Positions 36,367 to 49,314 of a stretch of DNA of 64,000 bases are shown one piece after another (the stretch's first letter is position 1; every line of letters starts with the position of its first letter). The position numbers and the translations under genes were made by a program. The stretch comes from Squalus acanthias (lineage: Eukaryota): NCBI GenBank assembly GCA_030390025.1, contig CM059433.1:25236001-25300000 (forward strand). Reading direction: 5' to 3'. The notes under the pieces are model-generated. The model ran no database searches. It worked only from the letters and a program-made list of their open reading frames with translations, and was not told where the DNA came from.

Positions 36367-38033
36367 AAAGTTAAAACTAGACTGGAAAAACATCGTCAGT
36401 GTAGATGATTCAAAGAAGCGACTTAACACAATGCTGAACAACTATAAAAGCACGTTCTCAGACAGTTATGAGGACATCACTGGGTATGACGCGCATATCC
36501 GCATCAAGTCCAACGCGAAGCCTGTCTATTGTAAGGCAAGGCTGGTCCCCTATGTGTTGAAGAGTCAGGTGGAAGAAGAGCTAGCGAAGCTCAGAGAGAA
36601 CGGAGTGCTAGTAAAAACCAACAAAAGTGAATGGGCTACCCCGATTGTGGTAGTGCCCAAAGCAGACAAAACTGTACGCTTGTGCGGTGACTACAAAGTT
36701 ACTATCAACCAAGCAGTTGACGATGAGCAGTACCCGTTACAGACATCACAAGATTTGTTTACAGCACTCTCTGGGTCAAATGTTTTCTCCAAGCTTGACC
36801 GGTTGAGCTGAATGTTGACAAAGAGAGTCAACAGTATCTCACCATCAACACACACACTGAACTGATACATCAAGCAGCCGTATGGTGTAAAGTCCTCCCC
36901 CAAAATCTTCCAGGCTACGATGGATAAGATTTTGCAAGGAATTCCAAATTGCTTATGCAATCAAGACGATGTGCTGATTGCAACAAGCAGCGAGGAAGAA
37001 AATCTAGAAGTGTTAGATATAGTGCTTCAAAGGTTGAATGCCCACAATGTCAAATTGAAAAGGAGCAAATGTGCTTTCATGCAGCCCGAGATTGTGTACC
37101 TTGGTCTGAAAGTTGATGCAAATGGTTTGCAACCAGTTAAGGAAAAGGTTGATGTTGTCATCAATGCTCTAAAGCCACAGAACGTGTCTGAGTTAAGATC
37201 TTGCCTTGGAATGGTCCAGTACTACGCACGTTTCTTACCTGAGTTAGTGACCATGTTAGCTCCATTGCACGAGCTCCTCAAGAAGGTTGTCCAGTGGAAG
37301 TGGATGAAAGCTCAACAGGAAGCTTACGACGCTTGTAAGAGAAGTCTCTCTAGCGATGCTCTACTTGTGTACTACGACACAGAGCGTGAGCTTAAGTTAG
37401 CGTGTGATGCTTCTAGCTACGGTGTGGGAGCTGTCATAAGCCACGTAATGGATGATGGCCAAGAGAAACCAATCATATTCGCATCGCGAACCCTCACAAA
37501 GAATGAAAGAAACTACGTGTAAATTGAAAAGGAAGCACTTGCCATAGTGTTTGGAATCAAGAAATTACAACAGATCCTGATCAGCAGAATGTTGCCCTGA
37601 TAACCAATCACAAACCTCTCCTAGCAATATTGGGGCCCAAATCTGCCACCCCTGCAATGGCCACATCAAGGATGCAGAGTTGGGCAGTGTTGTTGTCACA
37701 ATATGACTACACGATTGAATATCGCATTTCAAAGTAAAACGCAATCGCAGATGCCTTGTCCCGGTTGCCACATGAAGACTCATGTGTTGGGAGTGAAGGT
37801 GAGATTTTCATGCTAGGTGCAGTTGACAAAGACTTTCCTGTGAATGCAACTGAGATTGCAAATGAGACTCAAAAGGACTCAGTACTGAAAAGAGTGTATG
37901 AAAACACCTTGAATGGATGGACTGATCAGTGTCTGGACACAGAATTGAAATCATTCCATAACCGCCGTACTGAATTGTCTTGTGAGCAAGGTTGTATCAA
38001 AGTGGGGAAACAGAATGGTGGTACCTACTTCTT
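36367..38033 (+). pseudogene. Gypsy pol (RT, RNase H, start of IN region), disrupted
   Basis: WATPIVVVPK...VRLCGDYK, FSKLD, NQDDVLI, LACDASSYGVGAV...FASRTL, ADALSRLP, SCEQGC. Confidence 0.9.
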
Positions 38034-38075
38034 AGATTTCGGAACCGGGACAAAACAGCCCGAATCTTGGTTCAA

Positions 38076-40158
38076 CACGAAAAGTGGAGCTTTTTCATGG
38101 AGCAATTACTGCGTGTCCTTGATAGGTATGTCCCTGTCAGGCAGGGAGGAAATGGCCGAGTGAGAGAACCATGGTTCACAAAAGAGGTTGAATGTCTAGT
38201 CAAGAGGAAAAAGGAAGCGTATGTAAGGATGAGAAAACAAGGTTCAGTTGGGTCGATTGAGGGGTACAAGGTAGCAAGGAATGAGCTAAAAAAAGAGCTT
38301 AGGAGAGCTAGGAGAGGGCATGAGAAGTCCTTGGCGGGTCGGATCAAGAAAAACCCCAAGGCCTTTTACTCTTATGTGAGAAATAAAAGAATGACCAGGG
38401 TGAGGGTAGGGCCGGTCAAGGACAGTAGTGGGAACTTGTGCATGGAGTCAGAAGAGATAGGAGAGGTGATGAATGAATACTTTTCGTCAGTGTTCACCGA
38501 GGAGAGGGGCCATGTTCTTGAGGATGAGAGTGTGATAAAGGTGGATAGGTTGGAGGTGGTAGATGTTCTGAGGGAAGATGTTTTAGCAATTTTGAAGAAC
38601 CTGAGGGTCGATAAGTCCCCTGGGCCAGATGGGATATATCCTAGGATTCTTCGGGAGGCAAGGGAGGAGATTGCAGAGCCTCTGGCTTTGATCTTTGGGT
38701 CCTCACTGTCCACGGGAATGGTGCCAGAGGACTGGAGAGTGGCGAATGTTGTTCCTCTCTTCAAGAAAGGAAATAGGAATGACCCTGGTAATTATAGGCC
38801 GGTTAGTCTTACTTCGGTGGTTGGTAAGATAATGGAAAAGGTCCTGAGGGATAGGATTTATGACCATTTGGAAAGGGGCAACTTAATCAGGGATAGTCAA
38901 CACGGATTCGTGAAGGGTAAGTCTTGCCTAACAAATTTGATTGAATTCTTTGAGGAGGTAACTAAGTGTGTAGATGAAGGTAGAGCAGTTGATGTCGTTT
39001 AGTAAGGCGTTTGATAAGGTTCCCCATGGTCGGCTCATGAAGAAAGTAAGGAGTTGTGGGATAGAGGGAAATTTGGCCGATTGGATAAGTAACTGGCTAT
39101 CTCATAGAAGGCAGAGGGTGGTGGTGGATGGAACATTTTCGGACTGGAGACCAGTTACCAGCGGTGTGCCACAGGGGTCGGTGCTGGGTCCTCTGCTGTT
39201 TGTGATTTTTATCAATGACTTGGAGGAGGGGACTGAAGGGTGGATCAGTAAATTTGCTGATGACACCAAGATTGGCGGAGCAGTGGATGAGGTGGAGGGC
39301 TGTTGTAGGCTGCAAAGAGACATTGATAGGATGCAGAGCTGGGCCGAAAAATGGCAGATGGAATTTAACCCTGATAAGTGCGAGGTGATTCATTTTGGTA
39401 GGGCAAATTTGAATAAGGATTACAGGGTCAACGTCAGGGTTCTGAGGAACGTGGAGGAGCAGAGGGATCTGGGGGTTCATATCCACAGATCTCTGAAGGT
39501 TGCCACTCAAGTGGATAGAGCAGTAAAGAAGGCCTATGGTGTGTTGGCGTTTATTAACAGAGGGTTTGAGTTTAAGAACCGTGAGGTTATGCTGCAACTG
39601 TACAGGACCTTGGTGAGACCACATTTGGAGTATTGTGTGCAGTTCTGGTCACCTCACTATAGGAAGGACGTGGAAGCATTGGAAAGAGTGCAAAGGAGAT
39701 TTACCAGGATGCTGCCTGGTTTGGGGGGGAGGTCTTATGAGGAAAGATTGAGGGAGTTGGGGCTTTTCTCTTTAGAGCGGAGGAGGATGAGAGGCGACTT
39801 AATAGAGGTTTATAAGATGATGAGGGGGATAGATAGAGTGGATGTTCAGAGACTATTTCCTCGGGTAGAGGCAGCTGTTACAAGGGGGCATAACTATAAG
39901 GTGCATGGGGGGAGATATAGAAGGGATGTCCGAGGTAGATTCTTTACTCAGAGAGTGGTTGGGGTGTGGAATGGACTGCCTGCTGTGATAGTGGAGTCGG
40001 ACACTTTAGGAACTTTCAAGCGGTTATTGGATAAGCACATGGAGCACACCAGAGTGATAGGGAGTGTGATAGCTTGATCTTGGTCTCGGACAATGCTCGG
40101 CACAACATCGAGGGCCGAAGGGCCTGTACTGTGCTGTACTGTTCTATGTTTCTATGTT
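38076..40158 (+). mobile_element. CR1 LINE, 5'-truncated, well preserved, inside the Gypsy element
   Basis: ORFs 37992-39002 and 38974-40077 ([39 protein letters not shown]) with one frameshift near 38998; TTCTATG tail repeats. Confidence 0.92.
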
Positions 40159-40372
40159 TTAACACCAAAACCTTTTGTAAGGAGATCAGGAAGGCTCCTC
40201 AAACCTGTTATTGAACTGGATTTGTAGTTCATTTATAGCATTTGTAGTTGATTTAAAAGAAAAAAAGCCAGGAGCTTTTGTTATGTGGTACATGTAATGC
40301 AGGGAAAGGTGGGACCATAGTTTTGTTGTATTTGAGAGAGGAATATGTACATTTCTTTTAAGGTAAAAGCAG

Positions 40373-40509
40373 TGTAATATATTATCACATGGTTTATCAC
40401 ATGGTTTAATATGAGCATGCTCAGTTCGCGCTGGCCTAGTAAAGCAAGCACATGGATGAGCAAGTCATGGTGTCTCTGTCCTTCATTTGTTCTACCCACA
40501 TATATTACA
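40373..40509 (+). repeat. Gypsy 3' LTR (137 bp)
   Basis: TGTAAT...ATTACA followed by TSD GGGAC. Confidence 0.92.
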
Positions 40510-41147
40510 GGGACCATCAGTGGAGACCCTCTCCCTCTGGACTCTTTGTGCCTGCCTCTGATGGACCTCTTTGACCAGTGCCCCCTGGAATCCCATTTTT
40601 GCCATGATACACATCTTCATCTCTTTGCAAGCTTATCCAAGTTACAGAGCGGTGATAATACATGTTCTGTTCTGCTAGTTCGGAGGCTGCAGAGGAAGCT
40701 AAGAGTAGACAGGTTTGGTACTGTACGGTGAGTGAAGCATTCACCTTGTGTTATTAATGTTTCTCCATGTGTCTGAGTCTGATTAACCCACAACATCACA
40801 TGGTGACAGCTGGTGTACTCTTACAATGAAAACAATAAAATAAAAAGAAGGACCAGGCTACATGTCAGAGAGGGCTAAAAACATCATGGAACTGCACACG
40901 CTACCCCCAGTTTTGGAAGACATTAAACGGGTGACTAACAGTCGAATATCGCAAGCAGCACGTGTGTGCCTGTCCTGCGCTGGAAGAGCGCCATCCACCG
41001 TATTAGATCGGGCTGCTCCATAGGTGTCCACTGCGGGCGTCGGTAGTATTCACAAGCCTCATTGTAGTATTAATATTGTGAATAGTGAGGCCGCAGGTGT
41101 GAGGAGAGACCAGTTGAGCTGAGAGGTAAGATTCTTAACGTGACAAC

Positions 41148-41363
41148 TCAAGTGAAGTCATTAAACATCCTTCGGCATAGCAGCCAGGACCTAGGAGCTA
41201 AGCTGCTCGCATTGACCCGCTCCGCAACCTCTTCGTATTGACGGTGGACGTGTTGCCTGGAGGGCTTTCTGCATCCTCGGGGGAACAGAACCTCCCTCCT
41301 ACTGTGCACCACCTGGACCAGGGCCTCCAATGCTGCATCAAAAAACATGGACCTTGCAATCAT
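41148..41363 (-). pseudogene. Myb/SANT-like DNA-binding domain of Harbinger-transposon type
   Basis: FDAALEALVQVVHSRREVLFP...EEVAERVNASS..PRSWLLCRRMFND matches the trihelix Myb/SANT pattern. Confidence 0.65.
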
Positions 41364-41659
41364 TTTGCACCTTTCTTAGCCTTTCCTCCTTTCTACAGCC
41401 ACAGTGCTAGCTTTAAGAAGTGCTAGCTGCCTTTAAAAGAGTTTCGATTTCCTGCTCCCTAAACAGGTGGACAGCCAATAAACCAGCACAAATTTCACAT
41501 GGTCCCTGTGCCCACGTGAACAGGTGCATGCAGCGAGTGCCTCGCCGCCTGCATGCCTTGCCTCCTGCGCGCCTGTTTTTTCTGTTGACGCTAGGTCAAG
41601 GTAAGATTTATGTTAAGGCAGTTATGGTAAGGTTTTAGAGGCAGTTCTGTGCATAGAAA

Positions 41660-41900
41660 TTAAATTTCAAAATGGTGACATTTAACCAAAGGAAATAGAT
41701 GGGGCGTCTGTAGAGAGTTTTATCTCAGCTCTATATCATTTGGCAGAGTAACTGTGAATGTGGTGAACTGTACAATGAAATGATTTGTGATTGCTTTGCA
41801 GTTGGCCTGTGAAATTGAAGATTATCAGAAAGGTTTCAGCTCGACCTTGTAGTTTTGAAAGCAATACAGCTAGCAAAATAGAGCAAAGCTACTAAAGAGT
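41660..41900 (+). pseudogene. Degraded Gypsy gag fragment (different element)
   Basis: FNQRK..SVESFISALYHLAE.CECGELYNEMICDCFAVGL with stops and frameshifts. Confidence 0.5.
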
Positions 41901-41994
41901 GCGAGGCAGCATTTAGAAACCCACCAGATGGGAAAGCAAATGTAGATCAGCTTTAGTGATGGCATAAACCTCAGCTACCTGTAGAACTTATATG

Positions 41995-42235
41995 GGCTGA
42001 TATGGACTTTCAAAAAGCCTTCGATAGGTACCGCATGGTCGATTCATGACTAAAGTCAGAGTACGTGGAGTCAGGGGACAAGTAGCAGAATGGATAGCAA
42101 AGTGGCTACAAAACAGAAAACTGAGAGTAGGCGTTAAAGGTAGTTACTCAGACTGGTGGTGGGTGGGAAGTGGTATCCCACAGGGATCGGTGCTGAAACC
42201 ACTGTTGTTCACATTTAACATAAATGATTTGGACT
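41995..42235 (+). mobile_element. CR1 RT fragment
   Basis: MDFQKAFD; GSGIPQGSVLKPLLF. Confidence 0.75.
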
Positions 42236-43408
42236 GGGATAGGTTTTCACATCAATACTGATATACCGTGTAACTCAATAAGCTCTAATGCTGTGCTAAT
42301 ACTATGTTTGTATAATACTCTTTAATTCTTCATCTCAAATTACTCCCATCTCTACCACCACTACTGAGAGATCTGTAACCAGAAGTACTTTATTGTGTTG
42401 TTATATAGCTAGAATTACCCTGACCACAACTGAAGTTTGAAAGGACAAAATCTGTAAATGTTCCCCTGGGTGCTTTCACAATTCAAATGGATGTAGTGTG
42501 AAAATTTCACAGGCCCACCATTACATCGCACTACATCATGGTGATGACATGGATATATTTCAGCCGAACTTTTGCAGTGCAAACTTTACTTACATTTATT
42601 AACATTTCGATAGGTTGCAGAAAACAATATGAGTGACGGTTCCAGTACATCGGAGCAGGCACCGTTAGTAAAAGGCATTCTGTTTAAATTCCAGGAAGTG
42701 ACTCAAGTGTCACATTCCTGGGCTTCCACGTTATTTGCAATGTAATATGCACTTGCTCAAATCTTCAGTGCAGTAATGAAGTCTGGGCTTTTGACCTGGG
42801 ACTTGAAAGTATTGCTTAAAACTTTTATAAATTAATTGCAGACATCCCAAATGAGGCTCTGGATCAGTGAGTCGTGTAGCAGTGTTTGTGCTGAGGTGCC
42901 AGATTATATAAGCTTTAGAGCGACTAAAACTCTAGGTGAATTCCCCACTCAGGCCTGAGTTAATACTACAGTCAGTTCTCAATTATGTCATCGGGCCGCA
43001 ACATGCATATGTAAAGAAGGGCCCTGTTGGCTCCGGGCGCGTGTCCTTGCTGCCAGCTCAGGTGTTGCAGATGTTGCGAACATGGCGACTTTCGGACGAT
43101 TTTAACTGCCCATCCACCAGGTTTCTGCTGAACGAGTAGGGTTAAAATCGCTCCCAAAATGGCTCATATGATATGCATTATGAGAAAGAGAAGTTAGACT
43201 AGGTTAGAAACTCAGACAGGCACTTCACTGCAGACAGGTTGCCTAGGCAACAATGATAAGACATTCCACAGAAAGGGATAGCTGGAAATTTAATTTGATA
43301 AGGAGGAAGAATAGGCCGTTGTCTGTTATTAACCACAATAGAAACATAAGCCAGAGTGAGCAATAGAATAGTTTAGGTTATAATATGTGAACTTTATTGT
43401 GACTGACT

Positions 43409-46400
43409 ATTTTTTTTATTCGTTCATGGGATCTGGGCGTCGCTGGCAATGCCAGCATTTATTGCCCATCCCTAATTGCCCTTGAGAAGATGTTGGTGAG
43501 CTGCCTTCTTGAACCACTGCAGTCTGTGTGGTGAAGGTACTCCCACAGTGCTGTGAGGAAGGGAGTTTCAGGATTTTGACCCAGCGACGATGAAGGAACG
43601 GCGATATACTTCCAAGTCAGGATGGTGTGTGACTTGGAAGTGGTGGTGTTCCCATGCGCCTGCTGCCCTTGTCCTTCTAGGTGCTTGAGTTCGCGGGCTT
43701 GGGAGGTGCTGCCGAAGAAGCCTTGGCGAGTTGCTGCAGTACATCTTGTAGATGGTACACACTGCAGCCACAGTGCGCCGGTGGTGGAGAGAGTGAATGT
43801 TTAAGGTGGTGGATGGGGTGCCAATCAAGCGGGCTGCTTTGTCCTGGATGGTGTTGAGCTTCTTGAGTGTTGTTGGAGCTGCACTCATCCAGGCAAGTGG
43901 AGAGTATTCCATCACACTCCTTACTTGTGCCTTGTAGATGGTGGAAAGGCTTTGGGGAGTCAGGAGGTGAGACACTCGCCGCAGAATACCTAGCCTCTGA
44001 CCTGCTCTTGTTGCCACAGTATTTATGTGGCTGGTCCAGTTAAGTTTCTGGTCAATGGTGACCCCCAGGATGTTGATGGTGGGGGATTCGGCGATGGTAA
44101 TGCCGTTGAATGTCAAGGGGTAGTGGTTAGACTCTCGCTTGTTGGAGATAGTCATTGCCTGGCACTTGTGTGGCGTAAATGTTACTTGCCACTTATCAGC
44201 CCAAGCCTGAATGTCGTCCAGGTCTTGTTGCATGCGGGCATGGACTGCTTTATTATCTGAGGAGTTGCGAAAGGCACTGAACACTGTGCAGCCATCAGCA
44301 AACATCCCCATTTCTGACCTTATGTTGGAGGGAAGGTCATAGATGAAGCAGCTGAAGATGGTTGGGCCAAGGACACTGCCCTGAGGAACTCCTGCAGCGA
44401 TGTCCTGGGGCTGTGATGATTGACCTTCAATCACCACAACCATCTTCCTTTGTACTAGGTATGACTCCAGCCAGTGGAGAGTTTTCCCCCCCGATTCCCA
44501 TTGACTTCAGTTTTACTAGGGCTCCTTGATGCCACACTCGGTCAAATGCTGCCTTGATGTCAAGGGCAGTCACTATCACCTCACCTCTAGAATTCAGCTC
44601 TTTTGTCCATGTTTGGACCAAGGCTGTAATGAGGTCTGGAGCCGAGTGGCCCTGGCAGGACCCAAACTGAGCATCAGTGAGCAGGTTATTGGTGAGTAAG
44701 TACCGGTTGATAGCACCGTCGATGACACCTTCCATCACTTTGCTGATGATTGAGAGTAGACTGATGGGGTAATTGGCCGGATTGCATTTGTCCTGCTTTT
44801 TGTGGACAGGACACACCTGGGCAGTTTTCCACATTGTCGGGTAGATGCCAGTGTTGTAGCTGTACTGGAACAGCTTGGTTAGAGGCGTGGCTAGTTCTGG
44901 AGCACAAGTCTTCAGCACGATAGCGGGATGTTGTCGGGGCTCATAGCCTTTGCTGTATCCAGTGCGCTCAGCCATTTCTTGATATCACGTGGAGTGAATC
45001 GAATTGGCTGAAGACTGGCTTCTGTGATGGTGGGGACCTCAGGAGGTGGCCGATATGGATCATCCACTCAGCACTTCTGGCTGAAGATGTTTGCAAACGC
45101 TTCAGCCTTGTCTTTTGCACTCACATGCTGGTCCACCACCATTCACAACTGGATATGGCAGGACTGCAGAGCTTTGATCTGATCCGTTGATTGTGGGATC
45201 GCTTAGCCCTGTCTATAGCATGCTGCTTCCGCATTTTAGCATGCATGTAGTCCTGTGTTGCAGCTTCCCCAGGTTGGCACTTCATTTTTAGGTACACCTG
45301 GTGCTGCTCCTGGCATGCTCTTCCACAGTCCTTATTGAACCAGGGTTGGTCCCCTGGCTTGATGGTAATGGTAGAGTAAGGGATATGCCAGGCCATGAGG
45401 TTACAGATTGTAGTGGAATACAATTCTGTTGCTGCTGATGGCCCACAGCATCTCATGGATGCCCAGTTTTGAGCTGCTTGATTTGTTCTGAATCTATCCC
45501 ATTTAGCACGGTGGTAGTACCACACAACACGATGGAGGGTGTTCTCAGTGTGAAGACGGGACTTTGTCTTCACAATGACTGTGCGGTGGTCACTGCTACC
45601 AATGCTGTCATGGACAGATGCAGCTGTGACAGGTAGGTTGGTGAGGACGAGGTCAAGTAGGTTTTTCACTCGTGTTGGTTCTCTCACCACCAGTCGCAGG
45701 CCCAGACTGGCAGCTATGTCCTTCAGGGCTCGGCCAGCTTGGTCAGTAGTGGTGCTACCGAACCACCCTTGGTGATGGACATTGAAGTCCCCCACCCAGA
45801 GTACATTCTGTGCCCTTGCTACTCTCAGTGCATCTTCCAAGTGGTGTTCAACATGGAGGAGTACTGATTCATCGGCTGAGGGAGGGCAGAAGGTTTCCTT
45901 GCCCATGCTTGACCTGAAGCCATGAGACTTAATGGGGTCTGGAGTCAATGTTGAGGACTCCCAGGGCCACTCTTTCCTCACTGTGCCAGTGGGACAGGAC
46001 ATACTCAGGGATGGTGATAGAGGAGTTTGGGACATTGGCTGAAAGGTATGATTCTGTGAGTATGACTATGTCAGGCTGATGCTTGACTAGTCTGTGGAAC
46101 AGCTCTTTGGCACGAGTCCCCTGATGTTGGTGAGGAGGAGTTTGCAGGGTTGACTGGGCTGGGTGTGCCATTGTTGTGTCCGTAGCCAGTGCCAAGGTCG
46201 ATGCCGGGTGGTCCGTCCGGTTTTATTCTTATTGTTTTTCGTAGTGGTTAGTTACAACTGAGTGGTTTGCTCAGCCATTTCAGAGGGCAGTTCAGAGTCA
46301 ACCACATTGCTGTGGGTCTGGAGTCACATATAGGCCAGACCAGGTAAGGACGGCAGATTTCCTTCCCTAAAGGACATTAGTGAACCAGATGGGTTTTTAC

Positions 46401-46560
46401 GACAATCCGAAAGTTTCATGATACTAGCTTTTAATTCCAGATTTATTTAATGAATTTCAATGCCAAGCTGCCGAGGTGGGATTTGAACTCATGTCTCTTG
46501 GTCATTAGTCCAGGCCTCTGGATTACTAGTACAGTAACATAACCACTATGCTACCATTCC
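43409..46560 (-). mobile_element. CR1-group LINE, apparently full length: tRNA-like head, APE-RT ORF2, poly-A tail
   Basis: QPDIVILTESYL, WVGDFNVHH, LLDLVLT, SDH (APE); [32 protein letters not shown] (RT); tail T-run at 43410-43417; A/B boxes at the far 5' end. Confidence 0.85.
46470..46560 (-). promoter_or_regulatory. tRNA-derived Pol III internal promoter (A and B boxes)
   Basis: Minus strand TAGCATAGTGG (46543-46553) and GTTCAAATCC (46479-46488). Confidence 0.7.
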
Positions 46561-47574
46561 CGTTATCAGAACGAACTTAAATAACCCGGGTGGACGCCTA
46601 AAAGTGGTGTTAAGCTTCTTGAATATGTTAATGAGGAGCCTAATGCCTGTTGAAGGGTATCTCTACACAATGTGTTCCTGATGAGCGGTGCAGGCGTAAG
46701 GTAAGTTTTTGGCGGCCGCCAACGTAATGTAAACCTATCTGCAGATCCAGGAGGATCCAGTAGGAGCAGGAATTCTTTCCCCAGCTCTACAGTACTGGTG
46801 AGCACCTTCCATCCCCACCCCTCTTGCCCAATCCAACCCTACACCGGGAACTTACCTGCTGGCCTCCCAAAATTCAGTTTTCATTCTTGTGGGGTGAACT
46901 GCTTGTAGAGGCGCGACCGGCACAAGCACCCCACCCCAGAGATGTAGATCAGGCCCCAAGGCCCAATTACGGGACGGTCTCGGGACTGTCTGCTCGGGCA
47001 TCAGGTTTGGGCCCAAAAACAGGCCCAGACTAATTTCTACCCCTTCAGGTTCACACATCAATTGTATGCCCGCAAGAGCCATTGGGGGAGAAATTGAGCT
47101 CTGTGGCGCCCGTTTTTTAGGCGCTACACGGCCAGCTAATGTTTGAAATTCCCCCCGACGCAATCCCCGATCCCACTCCTCCCGATCTGCGACTAAGCCC
47201 CTGCCGATCCACCCCCTCCCGACACCCGATCCTTCCCCCCGCCGATACCTGACCACCTCCCCGATCCCCGACCGAGCCACTGTCGATCCGGACACCCCCC
47301 CCGCCCCACCCGCGATCCCCAACCGAACCCCCCCGCAATCCCTCCCCCGGACCGACCCCTCGCTCCCTCTCTGCATCGGCAGGCCTACCCGCCCGCAGCC
47401 AGCCAGCCTCTCAATCTGGCTGACTGCGGGCAGGAAACCGAGGCCTCACATGCAAACCAGGCCCTGCCGACAAAGTTGGCAGGGCCTGCGGGAAACCCGG
47501 CCTCACGGTTTTCCTGCTCGCCTCAGAGGCCCCCCACCCCAACCTGCCTTCCTGCAGAAAATTCCGGCCATCGT

Positions 47575-48180
47575 GTCGGTGGCGATGGAACGGAGTTTGT
47601 GGCGGGGACAGAAGACAATGGCTTAATTGGAGGAAATTGCTGCTCATCCAATACTGGATGTAGGACAAGCAGCGTGACATATCAGAGGTGGGGAGGGGCT
47701 GAGGGAAGTAGAGCTGAGGTAGAGCCGGGTGTCCTCAGTGTACATGTGGAACCCGACGTATTTTCGGGTGATGTCGCCGAGGGCGGCATGTAGATGAGAA
47801 ATAGGAGGAGGCCACGGATAGATCCTTGGGGGACACCAGAGGTAACGGTGCGGAAGCATGAAGAGAAGGCATTGCAGGTGATTGTCTGGCTACAACTGGA
47901 TAGATAGGAATAGAACCAGTTGAGGGCAGTCCCATCCAGCTGGACAATGGAGGAGAGGCATTGGAGGAGGATGGCATGGTCAACCATGTCAAAGGCAGGT
48001 CGAGAAGGAGGAGGAAGGATAGTTTACTATGGGCACAGTCACATAGGATGTCATTTGTGATTTTTTAAGAGCAGTTTCAGTGCTATGGCGGGGCGGAAAC
48101 CTGATTGGTGGAGTTCAAACATAGAGTTGCGGGAAAGATGGGCACGGATTTGGGAGGCGACAACACGTTCAAGGACTTTA
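47575..48180 (-). mobile_element. L2 RT fragment
   Basis: [32 protein letters not shown]. Confidence 0.8.
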
Positions 48181-48561
48181 GCAGTAAAATTGTTACCCCA
48201 AAGTGAGCATTTAAAAAGGAGAAGATTACCTAAGAGGTGTGTCTTTATCTGTAGGACACACTGTTGTGGTGAAACCAATACCACCTGAGGATGTAGAACA
48301 TATAATGGCTCCTTTGTGAGGTGACTGGCGGGTCCTGGTGACATATCAGAAAAAATAGCCATCTTACACCACAACATAAAACTCACTGATGTGGATGGTA
48401 GATAGCTTTGGAAGATTTGAATTGTGGAATCAGAGAACAAAATGTATATGTTCAGAATCAGCAGCTTTGAGACATCCCAGAATAGCAGAAGAATTTCACA
48501 GTGATGTTAATCCTGCCCTCAGTCTTAAAGGTAAACGTCTGTAAATGAGGTAAAAAATATT

Positions 48562-49314
48562 GGGCCAAAAATTCGTCCCTTCCCGGGTGAGTACACAGTG
48601 TGTACTCACCCGTAAGACGTCCCGAAGTGCCGGTTTCCTGCATGCACGGGAAACCGGAACTTCCGGTATGGTGAAGGGGGCGGTTCATAGGTGAACCGCG
48701 TGCGCAGTAGAGGCTGCGCGCACGCAGCAAACTTAGATTTTTTTTCAGGTTTCTACGCGAGGGTAAGTATTGAAGAAACTACGCTTTTGAAAAGGAGGCG
48801 CAAGACCCGTTTTCAACAAGGTAAGTGGTTAATTAAGTATAATTTAAAAGTTTTTTCAACAGGTTTATCTTTTTTAGATACTTTAAAGAAAGGTAAGTTT
48901 ATTTTTATCACTTTTAAAAAGTATTTTAATTTTTTCAAAAATTTAAATTTTTCTTTAAAGTGGTTAATTTATTTAACTATAGTTATTTTATAAATGTGAT
49001 GGTTTTTAAAAAAAAATATTTTAAGTTTAGCTGTTCTTTTGGGGCTGATTTCAATTCACAGATTTGACAGGTCTCCTGTCAAATCTATGAATGAAAGATG
49101 GTCTGCTGCCATTGGCTCTCCATGGCCCACGTGATCCCAGGGGACGCATCGCACTAACTGTGCCCCTGGGACACGCAAGCACTGAGCGCCGGCAGTTGGG
49201 AGAGGCCCAGGAGCTGAAGTTCCCGTGGGCCCAAAACACAACGGCATGCGCGGTAGGTAAGAGCGCGCGCGATCCTTACCCCCGCGGCAAGCCGGAGAGG
49301 TGAATTTCTGGGCC
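48562..49314. mobile_element. Harbinger-type MITE (family B)
   Basis: TIR GGGCCAAAATTC...GAATTTCTGGGCC; ATT TSD on both sides; related to 30637-31403 and family A. Confidence 0.85.

Larger units (their letters stand above)
23294..40509 (+). mobile_element. Ty3/Gypsy LTR retrotransposon, decayed, host to nested insertions
   Basis: 137-bp LTRs 23294-23430 and 40373-40509 (TGTAAT...ATTACA); 5-bp TSD GGGAC (23289-23293, 40510-40514); PBS, gag, PR, RT and RNase H remnants; PPT-like tract before the 3' LTR. Confidence 0.93.

Noticed and set aside
46470..46560. tRNA gene
   Set aside because: A and B boxes are present but there is no convincing cloverleaf or terminator; it is the head of a retroelement.
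46852..47376. Gly/Arg-rich 174-aa ORF
   Set aside because: Arises from low-complexity CCCGAT-type repeats inside MITE-like sequence.
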